Assembly: GCA_053919585.1 (NCBI GenBank)
Contig: CM132812.1
DNA length: 64,000 nucleotides
Source: Euprymna scolopes
Lineage: Eukaryota
Direction: 5' to 3' (one strand)
Every line of letters starts with the position of its first letter. Within the stretch, counting starts at the first letter, position 1. Made by a program: the position numbers and the translations under genes. The notes below the pieces were generated by a model. That model saw only the letters and a program-made list of their open reading frames with translations, did no database searches and was not told the origin of the DNA. Positions 48,901 to 63,900 of this stretch are shown here, piece after piece.

Positions 48901-51900
48901 AAAGTGTGATTGGGTGGGTATCCCATTCCATCTTCTGTGCGCTGGCTCCGATGTGATGAAATTGGATTCTGTTCTTAGTTGGGTTCACTTCCGACATTTG
49001 ATAGATATTTATTAGCCTTAAAAAGTGTGATTGGGTGGGTATCCCATTCCATCTTCTGTGCGCTGGCTCCGATGTGATGAAATTGGATTCTGTTCTTAGT
49101 TGGGTTCACTTCCGACATTTGATAGATATTTATTAGTCTTAAAAAGTGTGATTGGGTGGGTATCCCATTCCATCTTCTGTGCGCTGGCTCCGATGTGATG
49201 AAATTGGATTCTGTTCTTAGTTGGGTTCACTTCCGACATTTGATAGATATTTATTAGCCTTAAAAAGTGTGATTGGGTGGGTATCCCATTCCATCTTCTG
49301 TGCGCTGGCTCCGATGAGATGAAATTGGATTCTGTTCTTAGTTGGGTTCACTTCCGACATTTGATAGATATTTATTAGCCTTAAAAAGTGTGATTGGGTG
49401 GGTATCCCATTCCATCTTCTGTGCGCTGGCTCCGATGTGATGAAATTGGATTCTGTTCTTAGTTGGGTTCACTTCCGACATTTGATAGATATTTATTAGC
49501 CTTAAAAAGTGTGATTGGGTGGGTATCCCATTCCATCTTCTGTGCGCTGGCTCCGATGTGATGAAATTGGATTCTGTTCTTAGTTGGGTTCACTTCCGAC
49601 ATTTGATAGATATTTATTAGTCTTAAAAAGTGTGATTGGGTGGGTATCCCATTCCATCTTCTGTGCGCTGGCTCCGATGAGATGAAATTGGATTCTGTTC
49701 TTAGTTGGGTTCACTTCCGACATTTGATAGATATTTATTAGCCTTAAAAAGTGTGATTGGGTGGGTATCCCATTCCATCTTCTGTGCGCTGGCTCCGATG
49801 TGATGAAATTGGATTCTGTTCTTAGTTGGGTTCACTTCCGACATTTGATAGATATTTATTAGCCTTAAAAAGTGTGATTGGGTGGGTATCCCATTCCATC
49901 TTCTGTGCGCTGGCTCCGATGAGATGAAATTGGATTCTGTTCTTAGTTGGGTTCACTTCCGACATTTGATAGATATTTATTAGTCTTAAAAAGTGTGATC
50001 GAGTGGGTATCTCGTTTCTTCCTCGGTGCTCTGGCTCCGATGTGATGAAATTGGATTCTGTTCTTAGTTGGGTTCACTTCCGACATTTGATAGATATTTA
50101 TTAGCCTTAAAAAGTGTGATTGGGTGGGTATCCCATTCCATCTTCTGTGCGCTGGCTCCGATGAGATGAAATTGGATTCTGTTCTTAGTTGGGTTCACTT
50201 CCGACATTTGATAGATATTTATTAGTCTTAAAAAGTGTGATCGAGTGGGTATCTCGTTTCTTCCTCGGTGCTCTGGCTCCGATGTGATGAAATTGGATTC
50301 TGTTCTTAGTTGGGTTCACTTCCGACATTTGATAGATATTTATTAGTCTTAAAAAGTGTGATCGAGTGGGTATCTCGTTTCTTCCTCGGTGCTCTGGCTC
50401 CGATGTGATGAAATTGGATTCTGTTCTTAGTTGGGTTCACTTCCGACATTTGATAGATATTTATTAGTCTTAAAAAGTGTGATCGAGTGGGTATCTCGTT
50501 TCTTCCTCGGTGCTCTGGCTCCGATGTGATGAAATTGGATTCTGTTCTTAGTTGGGTTCACTTCCGACATTTGATAGATATTTATTAGCCTTAAAAAGTG
50601 TGATTGGGTGGGTATCCCATTCCATCTTCTGTGCGCTGGCTCCGATGAGATGAAATTGGATTCTGTTCTTAGTTGGGTTCACTTCCGACATTTGATAGAT
50701 ATTTATTAGTCTTAAAAAGTGTGATCGAGTGGGTATCTCGTTTCTTCCTCGGTGCTCTGGCTCCGATGTGATGAAATTGGATTCTGTTCTTAGTTGGGTT
50801 CACTTCCGACATTTGATAGATATTTATTAGCCTTAAAAAGTGTGATTGGGTGGGTATCCCATTCCATCTTCTGTGCGCTGGCTCCGATGAGATGAAATTG
50901 GATTCTGTTCTTAGTTGGGTTCACTTCCGACATTTGATAGATATTTATTAGCCTTAAAAAGTGTGATTGGGTGGGTATCCCATTCCATCTTCTGTGCGCT
51001 GGCTCCGATGAGATGAAATTGGATTCTGTTCTTAGTTGGGTTCACTTCCGACATTTGATAGATATTTATTAGTCTTAAAAAGTGTGATTGGGTGGGTATC
51101 CCATTCCATCTTCTGTGCGCTGGCTCCGATGTGATGAAATTGGATTCTGTTCTTAGTTGGGTTCACTTCCGACATTTGATAGATATTTATTAGTCTTAAA
51201 AAGTGTGATTGGGTGGGTATCCCATTCCATCTTCTGTGCGCTGGCTCCGATGAGATGAAATTGGATTCTGTTCTTAGTTGGGTTCACTTCCGACATTTGA
51301 TAGATATTTATTAGTCTTAAAAAGTGTGATTGGGTGGGTATCCCATTCCATCTTCTGTGCGCTGGCTCCGATGTGATGAAATTGGATTCTGTTCTTAGTT
51401 GGGTTCACTTCCGACATTTGATAGATATTTATTAGTCTTAAAAAGTGTGATTGGGTGGGTATCCCATTCCATCTTCTGTGCGCTGGCTCCGATGAGATGA
51501 AATTGGATTCTGTTCTTAGTTGGGTTCACTTCCGACATTTGATAGATATTTATTAGTCTTAAAAAGTGTGATTGGGTGGGTATCCCATTCCATCTTCTGT
51601 GCGCTGGCTCCGATGTGATGAAATTGGATTCTGTTCTTAGTTGGGTTCACTTCCGACATTTGATAGATATTTATTAGTCTTAAAAAGTGTGATTGGGTGG
51701 GTATCCCATTCCATCTTCTGTGCGCTGGCTCCGATGAGATGAAATTGGATTCTGTTCTTAGTTGGGTTCACTTCCGACATTTGATAGATATTTATTAGTC
51801 TTAAAAAGTGTGATTGGGTGGGTATCCCATTCCATCTTCTGTGCGCTGGCTCCGATGAGATGAAATTGGATTCTGTTCTTAGTTGGGTTCACTTCCGACA

Positions 51901-54900
51901 TTTGATAGATATTTATTAGTCTTAAAAAGTGTGATCGAGTGGGTATCTCGTTTCTTCCTCGGTGCTCTGGCTCCGATGTGATGAAATTGGATTCTGTTCT
52001 TAGTTGGGTTCACTTCCGACATTTGATAGATATTTATTAGCCTTAAAAAGTGTGATTGGGTGGGTATCCCATTCCATCTTCTGTGCGCTGGCTCCGATGA
52101 GATGAAATTGGATTCTGTTCTTAGTTGGGTTCACTTCCGACATTTGATAGATATTTATTAGCCTTAAAAAGTGTGATTGGGTGGGTATCCCATTCCATCT
52201 TCTGTGCGCTGGCTCCGATGAGATGAAATTGGATTCTGTTCTTAGTTGGGTTCACTTCCGACATTTGATAGATATTTATTAGTCTTAAAAAGTGTGATTG
52301 GGTGGGTATCCCATTCCATCTTCTGTGCGCTGGCTCCGATGAGATGAAATTGGATTCTGTTCTTAGTTGGGTTCACTTCCGACATTTGATAGATATTTAT
52401 TAGTCTTAAAAAGTGTGATTGGGTGGGTATCCCATTCCATCTTCTGTGCGCTGGCTCCGATGAGATGAAATTGGATTCTGTTCTTAGTTGGGTTCACTTC
52501 CGACATTTGATAGATATTTATTAGTCTTAAAAAGTGTGATTGGGTGGGTATCCCATTCCATCTTCTGTGCGCTGGCTCCGATGAGATGAAATTGGATTCT
52601 GTTCTTAGTTGGGTTCACTTCCGACATTTGATAGATATTTATTAGTCTTAAAAAGTGTGATTGGGTGGGTATCCCATTCCATCTTCTGTGCGCTGGCTCC
52701 GATGAGATGAAATTGGATTCTGTTCTTAGTTGGGTTCACTTCCGACATTTGATAGATATTTATTAGTCTTAAAAAGTGTGATTGGGTGGGTATCCCATTC
52801 CATCTTCTGTGCGCTGGCTCCGATGAGATAAAATTGGATTCTGTTCTTAGTTGGGTTCACTTCCGACATTTGATAGATATTTATTAGTCTTAAAAAGTGT
52901 GATTGGGTGGGTATCCCATTCCATCTTCTGTGCGCTGGCTCCGATGTGATGAAATTGGATTCTGTTCTTAGTTGGGTTCACTTCCGACATTTGATAGATA
53001 TTTATTAGTCTTAAAAAGTGTGATTGGGTGGGTATCCCATTCCATCTTCTGTGCGCTGGCTCCGATGTGATGAAATTGGATTCTGTTCTTAGTTGGGTTC
53101 ACTTCCGACATTTGATAGATATTTATTAGTCTTAAAAAGTGTGATTGGGTGGGTATCCCATTCCATCTTCTGTGCGCTGGCTCCGATGAGATGAAATTGG
53201 ATTCTGTTCTTAGTTGGGTTCACTTCCGACATTTGATAGATATTTATTAGCCTTAAAAAGTGTGATTGGGTGGGTATCCCATTCCATCTTCTGTGCGCTG
53301 GCTCCGATGAGATGAAATTGGATTCTGTTCTTAGTTGGGTTCACTTCCGACATTTGATAGATATTTATTAGTCTTAAAAAGTGTGATTGGGTGGGTATCC
53401 CATTCCATCTTCTGTGCGCTGGCTCCGATGAGATGAAATTGGATTCTGTTCTTAGTTGGGTTCACTTCCGACATTTGATAGATATTTATTAGCCTTAAAA
53501 AGTGTGATTGGGTGGGTATCCCATTCCATCTTCTGTGCGCTGGCTCCGATGAGATGAAATTGGATTCTGTTCTTAGTTGGGTTCACTTCCGACATTTGAT
53601 AGATATTTATTAGTCTTAAAAAGTGTGATTGGGTGGGTATCCCATTCCATCTTCTGTGCGCTGGCTCCGATGAGATGAAATTGGATTCTGTTCTTAGTTG
53701 GGTTCACTTCCGACATTTGATAGATATTTATTAGCCTTAAAAAGTGTGATTGGGTGGGTATCCCATTCCATCTTCTGTGCGCTGGCTCCGATGTGATGAA
53801 ATTGGATTCTGTTCTTAGTTGGGTTCACTTCCGACATTTGATAGATATTTATTAGCCTTAAAAAGTGTGATTGGGTGGGTATCCCATTCCATCTTCTGTG
53901 CGCTGGCTCCGATGAGATGAAATTGGATTCTGTTCTTAGTTGGGTTCACTTCCGACATTTGATAGATATTTATTAGCCTTAAAAAGTGTGATTGGGTGGG
54001 TATCCCATTCCATCTTCTGTGCGCTGGCTCCGATGAGATGAAATTGGATTCTGTTCTTAGTTGGGTTCACTTCCGACATTTGATAGATATTTATTAGCCT
54101 TAAAAAGTGTGATTGGGTGGGTATCCCATTCCATCTTCTGTGCGCTGGCTCCGATGAGATGAAATTGGATTCTGTTCTTAGTTGGGTTCACTTCCGACAT
54201 TTGATAGATATTTATTAGCCTTAAAAAGTGTGATTGGGTGGGTATCCCATTCCATCTTCTGTGCGCTGGCTCCGATGAGATGAAATTGGATTCTGTTCTT
54301 AGTTGGGTTCACTTCCGACATTTGATAGATATTTATTAGTCTTAAAAAGTGTGATTGGGTGGGTATCCCATTCCATCTTCTGTGCGCTGGCTCCGATGAG
54401 ATGAAATTGGATTCTGTTCTTAGTTGGGTTCACTTCCGACATTTGATAGATATTTATTAGTCTTAAAAAGTGTGATTGGGTGGGTATCCCATTCCATCTT
54501 CTGTGCGCTGGCTCCGATGAGATGAAATTGGATTCTGTTCTTAGTTGGGTTCACTTCCGACATTTGATAGATATTTATTAGTCTTAAAAAGTGTGATTGG
54601 GTGGGTATCCCATTCCATCTTCTGTGCGCTGGCTCCGATGAGATGAAATTGGATTCTGTTCTTAGTTGGGTTCACTTCCGACATTTGATAGATATTTATT
54701 AGTCTTAAAAAGTGTGATTGGGTGGGTATCCCATTCCATCTTCTGTGCGCTGGCTCCGATGAGATGAAATTGGATTCTGTTCTTAGTTGGGTTCACTTCC
54801 GACATTTGATAGATATTTATTAGTCTTAAAAAGTGTGATTGGGTGGGTATCCCATTCCATCTTCTGTGCGCTGGCTCCGATGAGATGAAATTGGATTCTG

Positions 54901-57900
54901 TTCTTAGTTGGGTTCACTTCCGACATTTGATAGATATTTATTAGTCTTAAAAAGTGTGATTGGGTGGGTATCCCATTCCATCTTCTGTGCGCTGGCTCCG
55001 ATGTGATGAAATTGGATTCTGTTCTTAGTTGGGTTCACTTCCGACATTTGATAGATATTTATTAGTCTTAAAAAGTGTGATTGGGTGGGTATCCCATTCC
55101 ATCTTCTGTGCGCTGGCTCCGATGAGATGAAATTGGATTCTGTTCTTAGTTGGGTTCACTTCCGACATTTGATAGATATTTATTAGTCTTAAAAAGTGTG
55201 ATTGGGTGGGTATCCCATTCCATCTTCTGTGCGCTGGCTCCGATGAGATGAAATTGGATTCTGTTCTTAGTTGGGTTCACTTCCGACATTTGATAGATAT
55301 TTATTAGTCTTAAAAAGTGTGATTGGGTGGGTATCCCATTCCATCTTCTGTGCGCTGGCTCCGATGAGATGAAATTGGATTCTGTTCTTAGTTGGGTTCA
55401 CTTCCGACATTTGATAGATATTTATTAGTCTTAAAAAGTGTGATTGGGTGGGTATCCCATTCCATCTTCTGTGCGCTGGCTCCGATGAGATGAAATTGGA
55501 TTCTGTTCTTAGTTGGGTTCACTTCCGACATTTGATAGATATTTATTAGTCTTAAAAAGTGTGATTGGGTGGGTATCCCATTCCATCTTCTGTGCGCTGG
55601 CTCCGATGAGATGAAATTGGATTCTGTTCTTAGTTGGGTTCACTTCCGACATTTGATAGATATTTATTAGTCTTAAAAAGTGTGATTGGGTGGGTATCCC
55701 ATTCCATCTTCTGTGCGCTGGCTCCGATGTGATGAAATTGGATTCTGTTCTTAGTTGGGTTCACTTCCGACATTTGATAGATATTTATTAGTCTTAAAAA
55801 GTGTGATTGGGTGGGTATCCCATTCCATCTTCTGTGCGCTGGCTCCGATGAGATGAAATTGGATTCTGTTCTTAGTTGGGTTCACTTCCGACATTTGATA
55901 GATATTTATTAGTCTTAAAAAGTGTGATTGGGTGGGTATCTCATTCCATCTTCTGTGCGCTGGCTCCGATGAGATGAAATTGGATTCTGTTCTTAGTTGG
56001 GTTCACTTCCGACATTTGATAGATATTTATTAGTCTTAAAAAGTGTGATTGGGTGGGTATCCCATTCCATCTTCTGTGCGCTGGCTCCGATGAGATGAAA
56101 TTGGATTCTGTTCTTAGTTGGGTTCACTTCCGACATTTGATAGATATTTATTAGTCTTAAAAAGTGTGATTGGGTGGGTATCCCATTCCATCTTCTGTGC
56201 GCTGGCTCCGATGAGATGAAATTGGATTCTGTTCTTAGTTGGGTTCACTTCCGACATTTGATAGATATTTATTAGTCTTAAAAAGTGTGATTGGGTGGGT
56301 ATCCCATTCCATCTTCTGTGCGCTGGCTCCGATGTGATGAAATTGGATTCTGTTCTTAGTTGGGTTCACTTCCGACATTTGATAGATATTTATTAGTCTT
56401 AAAAAGTGTGATTGGGTGGGTATCCCATTCCATCTTCTGTGCGCTGGCTCCGATGTGATGAAATTGGATTCTGTTCTTAGTTGGGTTCACTTCCGACATT
56501 TGATAGATATTTATTAGTCTTAAAAAGTGTGATTGGGTGGGTATCCCATTCCATCTTCTGTGCGCTGGCTCCGATGAGATGAAATTGGATTCTGTTCTTA
56601 GTTGGGTTCACTTCCGACATTTGATAGATATTTATTAGTCTTAAAAAGTGTGATTGGGTGGGTATCCCATTCCATCTTCTGTGCGCTGGCTCCGATGAGA
56701 TGAAATTGGATTCTGTTCTTAGTTGGGTTCACTTCCGACATTTGATAGATATTTATTAGTCTTAAAAAGTGTGATTGGGTGGGTATCCCATTCCATCTTC
56801 TGTGCGCTGGCTCCGATGAGATGAAATTGGATTCTGTTCTTAGTTGGGTTCACTTCCGACATTTGATAGATATTTATTAGTCTTAAAAAGTGTGATTGGG
56901 TGGGTATCCCATTCCATCTTCTGTGCGCTGGCTCCGATGAGATGAAATTGGATTCTGTTCTTAGTTGGGTTCACTTCCGACATTTGATAGATATTTATTA
57001 GTCTTAAAAAGTGTGATTGGGTGGGTATCCCATTCCATCTTCTGTGCGCTGGCTCCGATGTGATGAAATTGGATTCTGTTCTTAGTTGGGTTCACTTCCG
57101 ACATTTGATAGATATTTATTAGTCTTAAAAAGTGTGATTGGGTGGGTATCCCATTCCATCTTCTGTGCGCTGGCTCCGATGAGATGAAATTGGATTCTGT
57201 TCTTAGTTGGGTTCACTTCCGACATTTGATAGATATTTATTAGTCTTAAAAAGTGTGATTGGGTGGGTATCCCATTCCATCTTCTGTGCGCTGGCTCCGA
57301 TGAGATGAAATTGGATTCTGTTCTTAGTTGGGTTCACTTCCGACATTTGATAGATATTTATTAGTCTTAAAAAGTGTGATTGGGTGGGTATCCCATTCCA
57401 TCTTCTGTGCGCTGGCTCCGATGAGATGAAATTGGATTCTGTTCTTAGTTGGGTTCACTTCCGACATTTGATAGATATTTATTAGTCTTAAAAAGTGTGA
57501 TTGGGTGGGTATCCCATTCCATCTTCTGTGCGCTGGCTCCGATGAGATGAAATTGGATTCTGTTCTTAGTTGGGTTCACTTCCGACATTTGATAGATATT
57601 TATTAGTCTTAAAAAGTGTGATTGGGTGGGTATCCCATTCCATCTTCTGTGCGCTGGCTCCGATGAGATGAAATTGGATTCTGTTCTTAGTTGGGTTCAC
57701 TTCCGACATTTGATAGATATTTATTAGTCTTAAAAAGTGTGATTGGGTGGGTATCCCATTCCATCTTCTGTGCGCTGGCTCCGATGTGATGAAATTGGAT
57801 TCTGTTCTTAGTTGGGTTCACTTCCGACATTTGATAGATATTTATTAGTCTTAAAAAGTGTGATTGGGTGGGTATCCCATTCCATCTTCTGTGCGCTGGC

Positions 57901-60900
57901 TCCGATGAGATGAAATTGGATTCTGTTCTTAGTTGGGTTCACTTCCGACATTTGATAGATATTTATTAGTCTTAAAAAGTGTGATTGGGTGGGTATCCCA
58001 TTCCATCTTCTGTGCGCTGGCTCCGATGAGATGAAATTGGATTCTGTTCTTAGTTGGGTTCACTTCCGACATTTGATAGATATTTATTAGTCTTAAAAAG
58101 TGTGATTGGGTGGGTATCCCATTCCATCTTCTGTGCGCTGGCTCCGATGAGATGAAATTGGATTCTGTTCTTAGTTGGGTTCACTTCCGACATTTGATAG
58201 ATATTTATTAGTCTTAAAAAGTGTGATTGGGTGGGTATCCCATTCCATCTTCTGTGCGCTGGCTCCGATGAGATGAAATTGGATTCTGTTCTTAGTTGGG
58301 TTCACTTCCGACATTTGATAGATATTTATTAGTCTTAAAAAGTGTGATTGGGTGGGTATCCCATTCCATCTTCTGTGCGCTGGCTCCGATGAGATGAAAT
58401 TGGATTCTGTTCTTAGTTGGGTTCACTTCCGACATTTGATAGATATTTATTAGTCTTAAAAAGTGTGATTGGGTGGGTATCCCATTCCATCTTCTGTGCG
58501 CTGGCTCCGATGAGATGAAATTGGATTCTGTTCTTAGTTGGGTTCACTTCCGACATTTGATAGATATTTATTAGTCTTAAAAAGTGTGATTGGGTGGGTA
58601 TCCCATTCCATCTTCTGTGCGCTGGCTCCGATGTGATGAAATTGGATTCTGTTCTTAGTTGGGTTCACTTCCGACATTTGATAGATATTTATTAGCCTTA
58701 AAAAGTGTGATTGGGTGGGTATCCCATTCCATCTTCTGTGCGCTGGCTCCGATGAGATGAAATTGGATTCTGTTCTTAGTTGGGTTCACTTCCGACATTT
58801 GATAGATATTTATTAGCCTTAAAAAAGTGTGATTGGGTGGGTATCCCATTCCATCTTCTGTGCGCTGGCTCCGATGAGATGAAATTGGATTCTGTTCTTA
58901 GTTGGGTTCACTTCCGACATTTGATAGATATTTATTAGCCTTAAAAAGTGTGATTGGGTGGGTATCCCATTCCATCTTCTGTGCGCTGGCTCCGATGAGA
59001 TGAAATTGGATTCTGTTCTTAGTTGGGTTCACTTCCGACATTTGATAGATATTTATTAGTCTTAAAAAGTGTGATTGGGTGGGTATCCCATTCCATCTTC
59101 TGTGCGCTGGCTCCTATGAGATGAAATTGGATTCTGTTCTTAGTTGGGTTCACTTCCGACATTTGATAGATATTTATTAGTCTTAAAAAGTGTGATTGGG
59201 TGGGTATCCCATTCCATCTTCTGTGCGCTGGCTCCGATGAGATGAAATTGGATTCTGTTCTTAGTTGGGTTCACTTCCGACATTTGATAGATATTTATTA
59301 GTCTTAAAAAGTGTGATTGGGTGGGTATCCCATTCCATCTTCTGTGCGCTGGCTCCGATGAGATGAAATTGGATTCTGTTCTTAGTTGGGTTCACTTCCG
59401 ACATTTGATAGATATTTATTAGTCTTAAAAAGTGTGATTGGGTGGGTATCCCATTCCATCTTCTGTGCGCTGGCTCCGATGAGATGAAATTGGATTCTGT
59501 TCTTAGTTGGGTTCACTTCCGACATTTGATAGATATTTATTAGTCTTAAAAAGTGTGATTGGGTGGGTATCCCATTCCATCTTCTGTGCGCTGGCTCCGA
59601 TGTGATGAAATTGGATTCTGTTCTTAGTTGGGTTCACTTCCGACATTTGATAGATATTTATTAGTCTTAAAAAGTGTGATTGGGTGGGTATCCCATTCCA
59701 TCTTCTGTGCGCTGGCTCCGATGAGATGAAATTGGATTCTGTTCTTAGTTGGGTTCACTTCCGACATTTGATAGATATTTATTAGTCTTAAAAAGTGTGA
59801 TTGGGTGGGTATCCCATTCCATCTTCTGTGCGCTGGCTCCGATGAGATGAAATTGGATTCTGTTCTTAGTTGGGTTCACTTCCGACATTTGATAGATATT
59901 TATTAGTCTTAAAAAGTGTGATTGGGTGGGTATCCCATTCCATCTTCTGTGCGCTGGCTCCGATGAGATGAAATTGGATTCTGTTCTTAGTTGGGTTCAC
60001 TTCCGACATTTGATAGATATTTATTAGTCTTAAAAAGTGTGATTGGGTGGGTATCCCATTCCATCTTCTGTGCGCTGGCTCCGATGAGATGAAATTGGAT
60101 TCTGTTCTTAGTTGGGTTCACTTCCGACATTTGATAGATATTTATTAGTCTTAAAAAGTGTGATTGGGTGGGTATCCCATTCCATCTTCTGTGCGCTGGC
60201 TCCGATGAGATGAAATTGGATTCTGTTCTTAGTTGGGTTCACTTCCGACATTTGATAGATATTTATTAGTCTTAAAAAGTGTGATTGGGTGGGTATCCCA
60301 TTCCATCTTCTGTGCGCTGGCTCCGATGAGATGAAATTGGATTCTGTTCTTAGTTGGGTTCACTTCCGACATTTGATAGATATTTATTAGTCTTAAAAAG
60401 TGTGATTGGGTGGGTATCCCATTCCATCTTCTGTGCGCTGGCTCCGATGTGATGAAATTGGATTCTGTTCTTAGTTGGGTTCACTTCCGACATTTGATAG
60501 ATATTTATTAGCCTTAAAAAGTGTGATTGGGTGGGTATCCCATTCCATCTTCTGTGCGCTGGCTCCGATGTGATGAAATTGGATTCTGTTCTTAGTTGGG
60601 TTCACTTCCGACATTTGATAGATATTTATTAGCCTTAAAAAGTGTGATTGGGTGGGTATCCCATTCCATCTTCTGTGCGCTGGCTCCGATGAGATGAAAT
60701 TGGATTCTGTTCTTAGTTGGGTTCACTTCCGACATTTGATAGATATTTATTAGTCTTAAAAAGTGTGATTGGGTGGGTATCCCATTCCATCTTCTGTGCG
60801 CTGGCTCCGATGTGATGAAATTGGATTCTGTTCTTAGTTGGGTTCACTTCCGACATTTGATAGATATTTATTAGCCTTAAAAAGTGTGATTGGGTGGGTA

Positions 60901-63900
60901 TCCCATTCCATCTTCTGTGCGCTGGCTCCGATGAGATGAAATTGGATTCTGTTCTTAGTTGGGTTCACTTCCGACATTTGATAGATATTTATTAGTCTTA
61001 AAAAGTGTGATTGGGTGGGTATCCCATTCCATCTTCTGTGCGCTGGCTCCGATGTGATGAAATTGGATTCTGTTCTTAGTTGGGTTCACTTCCGACATTT
61101 GATAGATATTTATTAGTCTTAAAAAGTGTGATTGGGTGGGTATCCCATTCCATCTTCTGTGCGCTGGCTCCGATGTGATGAAATTGGATTCTGTTCTTAG
61201 TTGGGTTCACTTCCGACATTTGATAGATATTTATTAGCCTTAAAAAGTGTGATTGGGTGGGTATCCCATTCCATCTTCTGTGCGCTGGCTCCGATGAGAT
61301 GAAATTGGATTCTGTTCTTAGTTGGGTTCACTTCCGACATTTGATAGATATTTATTAGTCTTAAAAAGTGTGATTGGGTGGGTATCCCATTCCATCTTCT
61401 GTGCGCTGGCTCCGATGAGATGAAATTGGATTCTGTTCTTAGTTGGGTTCACTTCCGACATTTGATAGATATTTATTAGCCTTAAAAAGTGTGATTGGGT
61501 GGGTATCCCATTCCATCTTCTGTGCGCTGGCTCCGATGTGATGAAATTGGATTCTGTTCTTAGTTGGGTTCACTTCCGACATTTGATAGATATTTATTAG
61601 TCTTAAAAAGTGTGATTGGGTGGGTATCCCATTCCATCTTCTGTGCGCTGGCTCCGATGTGATGAAATTGGATTCTGTTCTTAGTTGGGTTCACTTCCGA
61701 CATTTGATAGATATTTATTAGTCTTAAAAAGTGTGATTGGGTGGGTATCCCATTCCATCTTCTGTGCGCTGGCTCCGATGTGATGAAATTGGATTCTGTT
61801 CTTAGTTGGGTTCACTTCCGACATTTGATAGATATTTATTAGTCTTAAAAAGTGTGATTGGGTGGGTATCCCATTCCATCTTCTGTGCGCTGGCTCCGAT
61901 GTGATGAAATTGGATTCTGTTCTTAGTTGGGTTCACTTCCGACATTTGATAGATATTTATTAGCCTTAAAAAGTGTGATTGGGTGGGTATCCCATTCCAT
62001 CTTCTGTGCGCTGGCTCCGATGAGATGAAATTGGATTCTGTTCTTAGTTGGGTTCACTTCCGACATTTGATAGATATTTATTAGTCTTAAAAAGTGTGAT
62101 TGGGTGGGTATCCCATTCCATCTTCTGTGCGCTGGCTCCGATGAGATGAAATTGGATTCTGTTCTTAGTTGGGTTCACTTCCGACATTTGATAGATATTT
62201 ATTAGCCTTAAAAAGTGTGATTGGGTGGGTATCCCATTCCATCTTCTGTGCGCTGGCTCCGATGTGATGAAATTGGATTCTGTTCTTAGTTGGGTTCACT
62301 TCCGACATTTGATAGATATTTATTAGTCTTAAAAAGTGTGATTGGGTGGGTATCCCATTCCATCTTCTGTGCGCTGGCTCCGATGTGATGAAATTGGATT
62401 CTGTTCTTAGTTGGGTTCACTTCCGACATTTGATAGATATTTATTAGCCTTAAAAAGTGTGATTGGGTGGGTATCCCATTCCATCTTCTGTGCGCTGGCT
62501 CCGATGAGATGAAATTGGATTCTGTTCTTAGTTGGGTTCACTTCCGACATTTGATAGATATTTATTAGTCTTAAAAAGTGTGATTGGGTGGGTATCCCAT
62601 TCCATCTTCTGTGCGCTGGCTCCGATGTGATGAAATTGGATTCTGTTCTTAGTTGGGTTCACTTCCGACATTTGATAGATATTTATTAGTCTTAAAAAGT
62701 GTGATTGGGTGGGTATCCCATTCCATCTTCTGTGCGCTGGCTCCGATGTGATGAAATTGGATTCTGTTCTTAGTTGGGTTCACTTCCGACATTTGATAGA
62801 TATTTATTAGCCTTAAAAAGTGTGATTGGGTGGGTATCCCATTCCATCTTCTGTGCGCTGGCTCCGATGAGATGAAATTGGATTCTGTTCTTAGTTGGGT
62901 TCACTTCCGACATTTGATAGATATTTATTAGTCTTAAAAAGTGTGATTGGGTGGGTATCCCATTCCATCTTCTGTGCGCTGGCTCCGATGAGATGAAATT
63001 GGATTCTGTTCTTAGTTGGGTTCACTTCCGACATTTGATAGATATTTATTAGTCTTAAAAAGTGTGATTGGGTGGGTATCCCATTCCATCTTCTGTGCGC
63101 TGGCTCCGATGAGATGAAATTGGATTCTGTTCTTAGTTGGGTTCACTTCCGACATTTGATAGATATTTATTAGTCTTAAAAAGTGTGATTGGGTGGGTAT
63201 CCCATTCCATCTTCTGTGCGCTGGCTCCGATGAGATGAAATTGGATTCTGTTCTTAGTTGGGTTCACTTCCGACATTTGATAGATATTTATTAGTCTTAA
63301 AAAGTGTGATTGGGTGGGTATCCCATTCCATCTTCTGTGCGCTGGCTCCGATGAGATGAAATTGGATTCTGTTCTTAGTTGGGTTCACTTCCGACATTTG
63401 ATAGATATTTATTAGCCTTAAAAAGTGTGATTGGGTGGGTATCCCATTCCATCTTCTGTGCGCTGGCTCCGATGAGATGAAATTGGATTCTGTTCTTAGT
63501 TGGGTTCACTTCCGACATTTGATAGATATTTATTAGTCTTAAAAAGTGTGATTGGGTGGGTATCCCATTCCATCTTCTGTGCGCTGGCTCCGATGAGATG
63601 AAATTGGATTCTGTTCTTAGTTGGGTTCACTTCCGACATTTGATAGATATTTATTAGTCTTAAAAAGTGTGATTGGGTGGGTATCCCATTCCATCTTCTG
63701 TGCGCTGGCTCCGATGAGATGAAATTGGATTCTGTTCTTAGTTGGGTTCACTTCCGACATTTGATAGATATTTATTAGTCTTAAAAAGTGTGATTGGGTG
63801 GGTATCCCATTCCATCTTCTGTGCGCTGGCTCCGATGAGATGAAATTGGATTCTGTTCTTAGTTGGGTTCACTTCCGACATTTGATAGATATTTATTAGT

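Noticed and set aside
58655-58849. Satellite-derived ORFs (also 36683-37018)
   Set aside because: The 121-bp unit is not a multiple of 3. The ORFs are chance read-through, and one depends on a single-A insertion.
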